Assembly: GCF_035084215.1 (NCBI RefSeq)
Contig: NC_090333.1
Location: 76,818,001 to 76,882,000 of the forward strand
Direction: 5' to 3'
DNA from: Heptranchias perlo
Taxonomy: Eukaryota
DNA length: 64,000 nt
A program made the position numbers and the translations under genes. The notes under the pieces were generated by a model. The model searched no databases and was not told the origin of the DNA. It saw only the letters and a list, made by a program, of their open reading frames with translations. Below are positions 12,799 to 26,041 of the stretch, in pieces (position 1 is the stretch's first letter; the number at the start of each line of letters is the position of its first letter).

Positions 12799-13220
12799 CA
12801 GCTGTGGTTCGGTGGGTAGCATTCTTTCCTCTGAGCCAGAAGGTTGTGGGTTAAAGCTGCACTCCAGAGACTTGAGCACATAATCTAGGCTGACACTCCA
12901 GTGCAGTACTGAGGGAGTGCTGAACTGTTGGAGGTGCTGTCTTTTGGATGCGACGTTAAACAGATGCCACGTGTGCCCTGTCAGGTGGACAGTTCCTCTG
13001 GTGCCCAATATTTATCCCTCAACCAACATCACTTAAAAACAGATTATCTGTTCATTTATGTCATTGCTGTATGCAGGAACTTGCTGTGCACAAATTGGCT
13101 GCTATGTTTTCCTACATTACAACAGTTACTACACTTCAAAAGTACCTCATTGGCTGTGAAGCGCTTTGGGATGTTCCGAGTACATGAAATGCACTTTATA
13201 AATGCAAGTTTGTTCTTTCT
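12799..13220 (+). mobile_element. tRNA-derived Deu-domain SINE (SacSINE1-like)
   Basis: Head gctgtggttcggtgggtagc...ggttgtgggttaaag; core gtgctgaactgttggaggtgctgtcttttggatgcgacgttaaac; tail gtgaagcgctttgggatg...tataaatgcaag. Family name from recall. Confidence 0.8.
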
Positions 13221-13469
13221 AAAGCTGCCTCAGTGCAGTTCATTTTTGTAATTACTCTACTTCAGTTATGGATATATTGTTATCAGTGTTGTTTGGGAAG
13301 GGAGAGGAATAGAAGGAATTTCAAGTGAGAAAATTTGTGTCTATTGGTACTTTGATTGTTCTTTTGGTCAGCTGGCTGCCTGACATGTGGAAACCCACTA
13401 ACATGTAAGAAGTAAAATTGGAAAATGTTGGACAGAAACAGCAGGTCAGTCAGCAGCTGCGAAGAGAAG

Positions 13470-13620
13470 ACAAAAAAAAGACTTGCATTTAAATTGCACC
13501 TTTCATGCCCTCAGGACGTCCGAAAGCGCTTTAAAGCCAATACTCTTGAAGTGTGGTCGCTGTCGTAATGTCGGAAGTGTGGCAGCCAATTTGCACACAA
13601 GGTTCCACAAACAGCAATGT
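13470..13620 (-). mobile_element. 3' fragment of the same SINE
   Basis: gacttgcattta...gaaagcgcttta...gtggcagccaatttgcacac is the reverse complement of the SINE tail. Confidence 0.75.
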
Positions 13621-14811
13621 TCATGTTTCATGTGTAATCTCTTAGCAGAACTGAAAACAGAAAGCTAAGCATTTTAGAAAGATTGAAAAAAATGGAGAGG
13701 AGAATGGAAAGAGGTTTTAAAAAAAAACGATATACTGCGATCAGAGAGGCATCTGATGGATTAGTACTAAACATCTATTGCCAGGTATGTTACTTAATTA
13801 TCCCCCTCCCCAAAGGAGGAGAGGCACTGGCTGGTTGTTAGACAATTCACCTGTGTGGGTTTCAGCTCTTTCTATGTGACAGCAAACACCAGGAACTCCT
13901 CATGGGTGACATCATCACTCAGTGAAAATTGTTAGAATGCATTGCCACTCTCTTCCTAACCACAACGTGGCCCCACAACATAGCCGTGAAATGGTGGTTC
14001 CACCAGTTGGACATGTGGAGCTTCAGATGCAAATTTTTGCCTTTCCACACTCCTGTCAGGGTGGATCCAGAGCCCTGGATGCATGAGCTTGTGTCCTTCC
14101 AGCTAGCATCCATGTGGGCCAGAGGATGCCCTTATATCGCATGCTTGAGTTCTGAACCATGCATAAGAACTGTTTGGACATTTGTCCAAATCTGCACGGG
14201 ATTTCGCTGTCTTTGAAGAAGGACATGGAAGACCCAAGTACTCTTTGTCCATTCTCAGCACTGTTTTCTAAGTACTGTTTCCAGCCTAAAGTCTGCATCC
14301 ATCAGTACCCTCAGATACTGATAAAATCAATAGTTGGAACAGATGACCATGATTTCAGTGTTACAAGTCTTTCCGTAACCCTGCTGTCACAATCCATTGC
14401 GTCCAGCACCTGGGTGCAGCTCAATGATGGTGCAGTGCACTGAAGCACCAAGTGGTTTCATGTAGGTGATTACTCCTATTTTGTGGATCCTATCTTGTGG
14501 ACTTGGGTTACTGCTTGATTCCAATACAAGTGGTGAGGCACTGTTTCCAGAGTCTTGGGATAAGGCCCTCATTGTCAAGGAATTCTAAATAATCTTTTAA
14601 AGAATGCAATACCTTTAGTATTGAAAGTAGAACTTGGATTTACTAAGTTTTTCAAAGATCCCAAAACGCTTCCCAGGCAATGAATTGCTATGAAATGGTC
14701 AGTAAGATAGTGTTATCAAAACGCACATCAGGGTAACTGTGCTTTGTAAGCACATAAAATGCCAGTAGGAATTTGTTAATATAATTACTCTAGCTTTATG
14801 TTTTTGAACAG

Positions 14812-14941
14812 GAAGAGTTGCTCGATACTTCATCACTTCAGTCTTCCCCAGTCTCACTATGTAGTACGACGAGCGACTGTTCTTCTCCAGCACGAGAGTT
14901 AAAAGTCAAGAGCTCACCCTCTGTAAAACCTGAGGTACCAG
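14812..14941 (+). CDS. ATF6: ATF6-alpha coding exon (equivalent to human exon 5)
   Basis: Acceptor tttatgtttttgaacag|, donor |gtatga; 130 nt, phase 0 to 1. Translates EELLDTSSLQSSPVSLCSTTSDCSSPARELKVKSSPSVKPEVP versus human [35 protein letters not shown]. Confidence 0.88.
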
Positions 14942-17044
14942 GTATGAATTCTGCATTTTATTTAACATTATCCCTGACAAAGGATCCCAGCTGTAGGCAT
15001 CATTCATTACCTTTGGAAGTCAGGCTTGCATTTGAAAGCTGTATGGCAACTTGGACGTTATCTTGGAAGCAGTAGCTGGAAATACTGCTCACCTTGGTTT
15101 AATTTTACCCAAATGGGACCCAAATTATATTTGATATCTCGGACCCAGCTTATCACCTTCTGACAGACCTGAGCTGGTTATTGATGTGTTGGTCCTTCAT
15201 GTCATATTACACTATTTCAAGAGGAGTTTTTATCAGTCTCCCTTTTCTTCAAAAAAGTGCAGATCATTAAGATTGAGTTAATTTCCTTGTGTGTGTTTCT
15301 TGTATTTCTCTACACTTTGCAGACTTGTTCAAATTGTGAGAGCGAATGTAATCATGGAGGTGACAAACTCACTGTGTCCAACAGAATTAACCTTGTCTGA
15401 TGGTGTGAGCTCAGGGTGCTTGAGCAATCAGATGCCCTCAGTAATTCAGCTGCCTGATGCAATTAGTTCAGACAGTTTTAACGGACGTCTTGACTACTCT
15501 CTGTTGAAACCAAAATATTCAAAAAAGATGAAAGAAGTTTCTTGTTCTTAGACTCGTGTTAAAAGGGCAGCAGAGGTCAGACTTGCTGAATATATTTAAG
15601 GACTTTTTAAAGTCAGTACTTATTGCTGATTTTATTAAAATAAAAAGTTTTTTGGCCTGTTTTTCAGTGTTTATTTTTAGCAGCTAAAACTCAGTTTTAA
15701 TTTTGAACATCACTGGACCGCAAAATAACAAGCAAAGCACTAACGAGGCACTCATGAACTAATTACAGCCCACAGTTTGTGAACATTTCACAGACATTAA
15801 TTTTATGGTCCTCCTTCAATATCCTCCTTTTCCCCCTGCCAAGAATCAGGCAAAGGACCAGATCCCCACCCAGATCCTCAGTTTAAGACTGTTTAAATGA
15901 TCTTGGTTTCCTATCTGCCCTGAACTGAAATTAATTCTTCTATTTTCACTCTGCCGTGCCCCCCCCCCCCCATTATAGAATCCTGGTTCCATTCCTGGAT
16001 TTATACACACATTTAGGCCCCTATTGACCTGCAGCTCATGTCATAGTTACCATAGGAAGACAAATAATGCAGTGGATTTGGTACCTTTTTAGTTAATTCC
16101 TTATGGACAGGCAAATGCATTCAGAGAAAGATGGATTCTTATAATCCAATGCTCACTCAGTAAGACTGGCACACGGCTCTGAGACAGACGGCACACGTTT
16201 TACCAAGAGGCATCGTCGTCTGGATCAACTGTATTCTGCACAGTTTAGGCCTCCTCTGCTCTTGCAGAACTGAAAAACTGTCAGAAATCAATGGAGGTAC
16301 CCAAAGTCTCAAAGTGGGAAGCAGATCAGGCAAAAATTGAGGGCATAATTAAGTTCTGCATTCTGATCCATTCTGCCCTGACTGCTAAATCCGTTTAAGC
16401 ATTATGACCATCAGTAGCAAGAAATATGGAAAGTGACTTCACCTTCAGAATTTGACGTTGAAAGTTGGCCCTGATGTGCATACATGTTGCACTAGTGACA
16501 TCATCGCGCGTGTATCAACATCTCATCAGGCAGTGTACATGATGCATTCACAATTGCATTGTTCGAGCATCTTGGGATCCATTCGGAGCTGGAGAATTTG
16601 TGCTTTTACAAAGTCAGAATCGGGAGAAGTCGTTAATTACCGATCCACCAACCTGGAAAAACACTATTTTATTGATGGAACTAGGCAAGAAAATGATTTT
16701 CAAGGTCTCCAAATATATTGGATGGAATAGATTGCAGTTTTACTGAACACCAGTTAGTTTGCTTATGTTGTTAGGTCATGATGTGTATTATAGAGATGGA
16801 AATATTGAAATATTATGAAGTATTATATGTTATATTGCAATTGTTAATGGAATTTTGCTTGGAGTAAATTAAATGAACAAACTTGATTTACAGTATCTTC
16901 AAAACTGTGTTTTTCCTCCCTATTCTGTATTGTTACTTCTTGATATATTTACAGCTGCTTGCACTTATGGAGGGAAGTGTACCAAGACTCTTGGGTGGCA
17001 GGTGGGGGGAGTGAAGAGAGAGGAGGAAACAGATGAAGAGCCTC

Positions 17045-18480
17045 GTCACCTTCAGCTGCTTTATCAATGACCTTCCCTCTATCACAACTCCTCCGATAAC
17101 GAAGCAGCCCATGCTGGCCTAGAGCAGGACCTGGATAACCTCCAGGTCTGACTTGACAAGTGGCAGGTAACATTTGTGCCACATAAGTGTCAGGTAATGA
17201 TCTTGAATGAGAGAAAGCCCAGCCATCTCCCCTTAACTTTTAACAGTACCACTGTCGCTAACTTCCCCCAGTAGTGACATAGAGAGTCATAGAGTTATAC
17301 AGCACGGATAGAGGCCCTTCGGCCCATCGTGTCCGTGCCGGCCATCAAGCCCTGTCTACTCTAATCCCATATTCCAGCATTTGGTCCGTAGCCTTGTATG
17401 CTATGGCATTTCAAGTGCTCATCCAAATGCTTCTTGAATGTTGTGAGGGTTCCTGCCTCCACAACCCTTTCAGGCAGTGAGTTCCAGACTCCAACCACCC
17501 TCTGGGTGAAAAAGATCTTTCTCAAATCCCCTCTAAACCTCCCGCCTTTTACCTTGAATCTATGTCCCCTTGTTATAGAACCCTCAACGAAGGGAAAAAG
17601 CTCCTTAGTATCCATCCTATCTGTGCCCCTCATAATTTTGTACACCTCAATCATGTCCCCCCTCAGCCTCCTCTGCTCCAAGGAAAACAAACCCAATCTT
17701 CCCAGTCTCTCTTCATAGCTGAAGCGCTCCAGCCCTGGTAACATCCTGGTGAATCTCCTCTGCACCCTCTCCAAAGCGATCACATCCTTCCTGTAGTGTG
17801 GCGACCAGAACTGCACACAGTACTCCAGCTGTGGCCTAACCAGTGTTTTATACATCTTCCGGCTCACGTCTCACGGCTCACCGGAAGCTGAACTGAACAG
17901 CCATATCAACATTGTGGCCACAAACGAAGGGCAGAGACTGGGTACTGTGCAACGAGTGGTTCACCTGTTGATCTTTCAAAGCCTCCCATAGTCTGAAAGG
18001 CTCAGCTCAGAAGTGTGATGGTGTAGTCTCCACTCGCCTGGACGGGTGCAGCCGAACCAACACTCAAGCTTGACGCCAACCAGAGCAGAGCAGTTTGCTT
18101 GATTGATGCCCCTATTACTGGACTTAATATCCACCCCCTCCACCACCAATACACTGTTGCTGCAGTATGTGCATGCTACAGGAGGCACTGCCGTAATTCC
18201 CTTCCTCATGCTTTATAACACCGAGAACAGCAAGAGTAGCAATGTCATGGGAAGACCATCATTTCCAAATTCCCCTCCAAGCTGCATACCATCCTGACTT
18301 GAGAATAAATCCCTGTTCCTTCATCTTTGGGTCAAATTCCTGGAATTCCCTACCTAACACCATTGTAGGACCCCAAGGATTGCAACCATTCAAGAAGGCG
18401 GCCTACTCTCTCCTCACTACAACTAGGGATGGGAAATAAATGCAGCCTTGCCAATGTCACCCACATCCTCAGAAGATGTA
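17045..18480 (+). mobile_element. Older family-B LINE 3' fragment, interrupted by a CR1
   Basis: TFSCFINDLP, QDLDNLQ, KWQVTFVPHKCQ and SWNSLPNTIVG-like stretches; ends ggaaataaatgcagccttgcc. Confidence 0.8.
17281..17851 (-). mobile_element. CR1 3' fragment nested in the family-B LINE
   Basis: ORF 17361-17867: YKTLVRPQLEYCVQFWSP...FFTQRVVGVWNSLP...GYGPNAGIWD, uninterrupted; flanked by acat/acat. Confidence 0.92.
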
Positions 18481-18499
18481 TGTTTTTCTTAAAAAGCCG

Positions 18500-19480
18500 G
18501 CACAGAATTGTGGGAGGCTGTTTGGAGGAGAGGGAGAACAAGGCAGAGGGGATTTGGAAGAAAATTGAAGAGTTTAAAATGTGAGGGCAGAATGTTCTGC
18601 TACCAATGCTGCAATGGAGGGAGGATAAATGTGAAACAGGTGAGAGTTGGACCAGCAGATATTGTGGAACTGGGATTAGCTGGAGGTGCTTGCAGAGGTC
18701 GGGTGCAGCAAATCCACTTTGGGATCTTTTATAGCAGGACAAGGATTTTCAAATCAATGTGCATGGAGATCCAGTGGAGATTAGTGAGAATATAGCCTGC
18801 TATCAGGCTCCATATGCGGGCTTTCAACACTGAGTGACACTTAGTACGGGATAGGAAGCAAGTGGGTGAAATTATAGCCGAGTTTGTGCAGAATGGAACT
18901 TGAGAGGCTGGTGAGGAGAGGAGATGGAGATTTTAGGGCTTGAGATGACCGATGTCGATGAAAGTTTTAGTAACTGTGAGGTTGATGCAAAAGTGGGCGA
19001 TGTTGCGGAGGTGGAATTGGTGTTGGTAATGCATGGAATACAAGGTTTAATGTTCATCTCAGCACCAAACAGAACACCAAAGTTGGGCATGTTAGGGTTC
19101 AGCCTGAGTGAGCAGCAGGGAAGGGGAATGGAATTGGAAGCTGAGTTTGCAGCTTTTGACAGAAGCCAGACTGGATGCCTTCTGTCTCGTCACCGTTGAG
19201 CTGTAAAGGTTATGCTTTATTCATCATGTATTGTCGAACAGGCAGCGTAACAGTACGAAGAAAGTCGTGGAATTGATGGTGATGAAAGAGAACAAGCTGG
19301 ATGTCGAGAGCATGCATGCAGAGCCTGATAGCAAGCTTCAAGATCATGTCACTGAGAGAAAGCATGTAGCCAAGGAAAAAGGGGGAGGGGGTGCCCCAGA
19401 AGCATATGCAAAAGGCTACAATAAAGAAGAGGAAACTGCAATTTAAAAAGCTTAGCCACGTCATTGTGGATGATATGGAT
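18500..19480 (-). mobile_element. Decayed L2 LINE fragment
   Basis: Resembles parts of the L2 at 4135-7000 (degenerate HMYADDTQL-like and NLGVLFD-like motifs); highly diverged. Confidence 0.6.
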
Positions 19481-20349
19481 GGGGTCATGTAGTTTTTAAG
19501 TATATTTTAACACTGCTGTCATTTTAGCAATAACCAGTATTGGAAACAATCTTGATCCACCTGTTGTGGTTGCACAAGATGCTTCTACAGTCTAGACTAG
19601 AACGGTCACTTGTTGAAATGCCAATAGTTTTTCCTGCTGACTGGTTATAGCTGACCTTATACAGTATGAATTAACAGATGTAACTAACAATATATTTTCT
19701 TAAATGTTGCACTCCCAATATGCTAACCAATAGGACAGCAATGATTATATTGATTTTAAGAAATTGAGAAAATATGCCTGGTTTGGGGAGGAAGAAAATT
19801 GAACATTTTAACAGCAAAAAAGTTTAAAGCTGAGGGATATGTTTGGCAGCTGCCTGTGCTCGGCACTGAAATGTCCCACACATGGTCCCAATTTCTCCAC
19901 TGCTATAAAACATGCAACATTTTACAAAATTGCCTCTGCAAATGTCTGGATTGAATTTTAGTTCTTGATGGACAATTTGATTAATTTCTATTTTTTTTAA
20001 TAAAATTGAAAATTTTAATAACCTTTCTATTTATTTGTATGGATGTGTGTGTAAATGTAAAATATTTTATAAATATATTTTTAAAACTTAATTCTGTTTC
20101 CTATTTGGCATGTGTTTCGTGGGGTGTCTTCTAAATTATGATAAAGGTGAAATTGTTAGCATTCACAAAGAGAGATTAAATGGATTTTTTAGCCTTGCAT
20201 TTGCACATGAAGCCAAAGAGTTCTGTGTGTTTTGTAATTAACTTGCTGGAGTTCTGCTTTAGCATTGTACTTGTAAAATCTTTTTATAGTTTTAATAACT
20301 ATTCTTATGTTTATTTGTAATTAGAAGCATGTTTGTTCCTTTGTTACAG

Positions 20350-20532
20350 TGAATGTCACTTCGAATGTATTGAAACAGAAGCCAATCCAACCAAAGCCCA
20401 TCCTCATTCCAGCTTTACCCGTCTCACAGCCCAGTCCGGGGCTAACTGGGAAAACAATTATAATCCAACCAGTTCAAACTGTGCTGTCTGTCCTAAAACA
20501 GCAGCCAATAAAAATCCGCCCAGCTCCAGCTG
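20350..20532 (+). CDS. ATF6: ATF6-alpha coding exon (equivalent to human exon 6)
   Basis: Acceptor tttgttcctttgttacag|, donor |gtgagt; 183 nt, phase 1 to 1. Contains KPIQPKPILIPA...KTIIIQPVQTVLSVLKQQPIKIRPAPA versus human KPSIQPKPLLLPA...[28 protein letters not shown]. Confidence 0.93.
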
Positions 20533-21244
20533 GTGAGTACTTTGTGGTTTAAAATATTAAGTGGATCCTCTTTATGGCGTCCTTTGTGTTAATTACTGTA
20601 TGCGTCAGCAATATCTCTCCTTCCTGACACACAAACTTCTCTACAAAATGGCCATGATCACCCCTTGAAGGCTGTTGCCAAGTTTTTCCTGGCACAGCTC
20701 TGTCCAGGGTATCCTGCAGATGACACGGACATAGGGGTAGTTCAAACACAATATAAAACATAGCAACAAATGTCTCTCTGAGGAAGGCACTGAGAGGGCA
20801 ACCAAGATTACTAGAAAAGTATCTTTGAACAGGTTTAACTTAATACCTTTACCTTTCAGCGGATCATGGTCATAGGTTCCAGAGCTGTAAGTCTTTGACA
20901 CCTGTCCCTGAAACAAATCAATTTTATAAGATACACTGGGAATGGAAGCATTTCCTGTCTGGTGCCCCAGCTGGACATGCTATCTTTTTCCAAGTTTTTC
21001 TCCCAACTTGATCATGAATGTCTAGCCCCTTGATCATGACTCCAAGCAGATGGATGCCCACAGACATGGACTTGCTTGCAACAGTCTAATCAAATGAGAA
21101 TAACCTGTCAATAAGCATACTTGGAGGTGAGCTTGTTAATCAGAGAGAGGTAGTCATTTACCATAAGTGCAAATGGGATTGTTAAGCTATTACTGCCTCT
21201 CATTGGAGAACAGAGGCACATAACTTCACAAAAAGCACATGGGA

Positions 21245-21515
21245 ACAGTGGCACATGGGAACAGCGCCACCTGCACGTTCCCCTCCAAGTCACACACCAT
21301 CCCGACTTGGAAATATATCGCCGTTCCTTCATCGTCGCTGGGTCAAAATCCTGGAACTCCCTTCCTAACAGCACTGTGGGAGAACCTTCACCACACGGAC
21401 TGCAGCGGTTCAAGAAGGCGGCTCACCACCACCTTCTCAAGGGCGATTAGGGAGGGGCAATAAATGCTGGCCTCGCCATGATGCCCACGTCCCACAAACG
21501 AATTTAAAAAAAAAA
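21245..21515 (+). mobile_element. Family-B LINE 3' end with poly(A)
   Basis: Closely similar to 9465-9727 (aagtcacacaccatcccgacttggaa...ggcaataaatgctggcctcgcc), followed by an A-run. Confidence 0.88.
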
Positions 21516-23009
21516 CAAGGCTCTGCCACCCCAGATCAAAACCGTTATTTTGCAGTCGGCATGTTACTTACACGCCTCCAATTCTTTCTCAGCAGGTCCA
21601 ACGTGAAAATATTAATTGTTTCTATCGATCGAGTTAATGGGCTGAGCAGCTCCTTCTCATTCTGGGGAGTTGCTAACTCGGCCAGGCCTGAAAGCGAGAA
21701 TATTGGAAATTCTGTCTAGCGTGGTGCCCTCTTAATGATTTTGACGGTCACAGACCGCAACTTCTGTTTACTACCGCAGTGAAAGATTTGTGTACGTTAC
21801 ACAAATCAGCAATCTGAACAATGAGCCAAAGACACTTGACCTGATTAGGTTCTGGTTGCCAGCAACTCCATGAACAGAGGCAGGCTGGATAGTGAGGCCA
21901 TCGAGAGGGTACAAAAGAGGATCCCCGAGCTAATACCAAAGATGATGGTTTCCGTGATGAGGGAAGGCTGGAACAGAGAAGGTTAAGAGGAGATTTAATA
22001 GCCGTGTCCAAAATTATATTCTGATAAAAAGACTTGGGAGAATCTATTTCCACTGGTTGATGAGTCAGCAACAGGCAATGGTGTGCCCAGGATTAACAAG
22101 TAGCCCCTCATCACCATATGTAAGACATGGAGACCATGGAGGATGTACACCAGTCTCTCCCAAAAAGTAAAATACCATATGAAAAGACCAAGTTAACCGA
22201 AACACAGATATCAAAAAAAAAGCAGGATATTGAATCAGCACAATACTTAATAACAATTTTGGTATCAGTCTGTAACTGATTAAAATACTGTTTCTAGCAA
22301 TCACTCCCTGTACCATTCAATAAACATCAGGGGCTTTAGATAAAACAGTCTTGTTGTAGACCTTTACAAGTAAAGCTGTACATGAACAATGCAGACCTCA
22401 CTGCACCACAGATTTCCAACCAGAATTAATAGTGGAGAACTTCCCAGTTTTAATCAGTCGATGCTGCCACTCGCCCAAGACGAAAGACGCAACAGTGTGA
22501 AGTGTTGCATAGAATGCTAATGAACAGCCACTTGCGTATCATCTGGTTTCAGAGCACCTGTTAATGTCTTGATCAAGTAAAATTTAATCTTAGCTTTCAC
22601 AACATAGCTGTGTAACCTGACGAATTCTCAGGTCCATCAGGTTGGCTTGGTCTCGTAGACAATTGATTTCTACATCTGTTTGAAATCAGTTAAGAGAAGA
22701 AGGCTGCCACTTGAAATATTTCCGTAATTGTACGAGATAAAACCACTGGAAATTTCCCCATTCTGTCACAAGTGGATTACACAAGTAGGTCACTGTGGTG
22801 TGCATCCCTTATGATCTCTGAGAAGTAGAACCATAACAGTACTTGGGCGGGGGGGAAGGGGGAAAGAAACTGGAATTGAATTTAAGGATGTACCACTAGA
22901 AGCAGCTGGTGTTAATTCTAACAGTTGTGTCGGTGAGCACATATCTGGCTGAAGGAGGAAGACTCCGACTGGTTGATTTAAAAAAAAAATGCCTCTCTGA
23001 TTGTCGAGC

Positions 23010-23260
23010 ACAGAAACAGGAGTAGGACATTCAGTCCTCCGAGCCTGTTCAGTTGTTCAATTGGATCATGGCTGGTCTGTACCTCAACTCCATTTACCCA
23101 TCTTTGCTCCATATCCCTTGATAACCGTACCTAACAAAAATCTATCTATTTCAATTGACACAGCATCCACACCCTTTTGGGGGAGAGTGTGTGGGAAAAA
23201 TTGCTACCTGATTTCACCCCCAAATAGCCCAGCTCTAATTTTTAAAATTGTATCCACTTA
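23010..23260 (-). mobile_element. CR1 3' end (host element; continues at 26042-26152)
   Basis: CR1-type tail; joins 26047-26152 (GDLIKVFKMIKDFDRV) once the nested insert is removed. Confidence 0.7.
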
Positions 23261-26041
23261 AGAACGTAAGAAATAGGAGTAGGCCATATGGTCCCTTGAG
23301 CCTGCATTGCCATTCAGTAAGATCATGGCTAATCTTCGAACTCAACTCCACTTTCCCGCCTGATCCCCATATCCCTTGATTCCCTTAAGAGTGCAAAAGC
23401 TTATCGATCTTAGCCATGAATATACTCCATGACTGAGCATCTACAGCCCGTTGGGGTAGAGAATTCTAGATTCACAAACCTCAGAGAAGAAATTTCTCCT
23501 CCTCGGTCTTAAATGGCTGACCCCCTTATCCTGAGACGATGCGCCCTGGTTCCAGACTCTCGAAACATGGACAACAGCCTCTCAGCATTTACCCTGTCAA
23601 GCCCTTTTCAGAATCTTACATGTTTCAATGAGATCACCTCTCATTCTTCTAAACTCCAGATCTACTCAATCTTTCCTCATAGGACCACCCTCTCATCCCA
23701 GGAATCAATCTAGTGAATCTTCATTGCACCGCCTCTAAGGCAAGTATAGCCTTCCTTAGGTGAGGAGACCAAAACTGTACACAGTACTCCAAGTATGGTC
23801 TCACCAAAGCCCTGTAAAATTGCAGCAAGGCTTCCTTACTGTTGTACTCCAACCCCCCTTGCAATAAAGGCCAACATACTATTTGCCTTCCGAATTGCTT
23901 GCTGTACCTGCAAGTTAACTTTCTGTGCTTTGTGTACGAGGACGCCCAAATCTCCACACCAACATTTAATAGTTTCTCACCATTTAAAAAAATATTCTGT
24001 TCTTCTGACCAAAGTGAATAACCTCACATTTCCCCATATTATACTCCATCTGCCACCTTCTTGCCCACACACTTAACCTGTCTATATCCCTTTGCAGACT
24101 CTGCCCTACTCACAGCTTACTTTCCCGCCTAGCTTAGTATCGTGAACGAACTTGGATACATTACACTCGGTCCCTTCATCTAAGTCATTAATATAGATTG
24201 TAAACAGCTCAGGCCCCAGCATTGATCCTTGCGGCACCCCACTGGTTACAGCCTGCCAACCTGAAAATGACCTGTTTATTCCTGCTCTCTGTTTTCTGTC
24301 CGTTAACCAATCCTCTATCCATGATGATATATTACCACCAACCCCATGAGCCCTTGTGTAACAACCTTTTGTGTGGCACCTTATCGAATGCCTTTTGAAA
24401 ATCCAAATATACTACATTTCTTTTATCTACCTTGCGAGTTACATCCTCAAAAAAAAAAACTGGAATAGCTTTGTCAAACACGATTTCCCCCTGCATAAAA
24501 CTGTGTTGACTCTGCCTAATCAGATTATGATTTTCGAAATGCCCCGTTACCCTGTCCTGAATAATAGATTCCAGCATTTCCTGACTACTGATGTCAGGCT
24601 AACTGGCCTATAGTTGCCTGTTTTCTCTCTCCCTCCTTTCTTGATTAGCGGTGTTAAATTTGCTACCTTCCAATCCATTGGGACAATTGTAGAATCTAGG
24701 GAATTTTGGAAGATCACAACCAATGCATCCACTATCTCTGCAGCCACCTCTTTAAGAACCCTATTCTGTAGGCCATCTGGGCTTGGGGATTTGTCGGCTT
24801 TTAGTTCCATTAATTTCTGCAGTACTTTTTCGTTACTGATATTAATTACTTTAAGTACCTCACTCTCGTTAGACCTTTGGTTCCCCACTATGTTTTTGGG
24901 CATGTTTTTTGTGTCCTCCACTGTGAGGACAGATATAAAATATTTGTTTAACGTCTCTGCCATATCCTTATTTCCCATTATAATTTCTCCTGTCTCAGCC
25001 TTCAAGTGACCAACGTTTACTTTTGCTAGTCTCTTCCTTTTTACATGCTTGTAGAAGCTCTTACAATCTGTTTTTATATTTCTTGCTAGTTTACTCTCAT
25101 TCTATTTTCCCCCTCTTTTTATCAATTTTTTGGTCATCCTTTGCTGGCTTCTGTAACTCTAACAATTCTCAGGCTTACTACTCTTGGCAACATTATATGC
25201 CTCTTCTTTTAAACGAATATTATCCTTAACTTCTTCAGTTAGCTATGGATGGATCACTTTTCCTGTGGAGTTTTTATTTCTCAGTGGAATGTATATTCGA
25301 TGAGAATTCTGAAATATTTCTTTAAATGTTCGCCATTGTTTGTTTATCTACTGTCATATTTTTAATCTAACTTCCTAATCTACTTTAGCCAACTCGCCCT
25401 TCATACCTATGTAATTGGCTTTGTTTAAGTTTAAGACTCCAGTTTCTGATTTATGTCACTCTTGAATTCAATGTGAAATGTTATCATAGTATGATCACTC
25501 TGCCCCAGAGTATCTCTTACTATGAGATTACTGATGAACCCTGTCTCATTCCACAAGACAAGATCTAAAATAGCCTGTTCCCTGGTTGGTTCCATGACGT
25601 ATTGTTCTAGGAAACTGTCTCAAATGCATTCCATGAACTCATCCTCCAAACTACTTTTGCCAATTCGATTTGCCCAATCTATATGAAGATTAAAGTCCCC
25701 CACGATTATTGTATTACCTTTGTTACAAAGTCCTATTATTTCTTGATTAATACTATGTCCAACAGTACAACTACTGTTGGGAGCCTATTAGCTATTCCCA
25801 CCAGTGTTTTCTGTCCCTGAGCACAGGCCAAATCTAAACCACTACCTAACCTAAGGGGTGTGACTGTTTCCTGGATCCAAGTGTCTTGTTAACTCTCCCC
25901 TTCCCTGATGCATCGCAATGTCTACAGCTTGGACTCCAGCTCAACAGCTCTGAGCCGAAGTTCCTCGAGTTGCAGACACTTACTGCAGATGTGGTTGCTC
26001 GGGATCTCACTGGTCTCCACCAACTCCCATATGCTGCAGTT
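23261..26041 (-). mobile_element. Internally deleted CR1 LINE (ORF1 N-terminus fused to ORF2 APE/RT), nested in another CR1
   Basis: ORF1-like CSIWELVETSEIPSNHICSKCLQLEELRLRAVELESKL; ORF2 [42 protein letters not shown]; TSD actta at 23256-23260 and 26042-26046. Confidence 0.88.

Noticed and set aside
12799-12880. tRNA gene
   Set aside because: Degenerate tRNA-like head that runs into a SINE body and tail; no clean cloverleaf.
13900-14580. Possible decayed LINE on the minus strand (QYLRVLMD-like stretch)
   Set aside because: Too degenerate to assign a family or boundaries by eye.
14935-14940. Alternative donor gag|gtacca in the ATF6 exon
   Set aside because: It gives phase 0, which is incompatible with the phase-1 next exon; the donor at 14942 keeps the frame.
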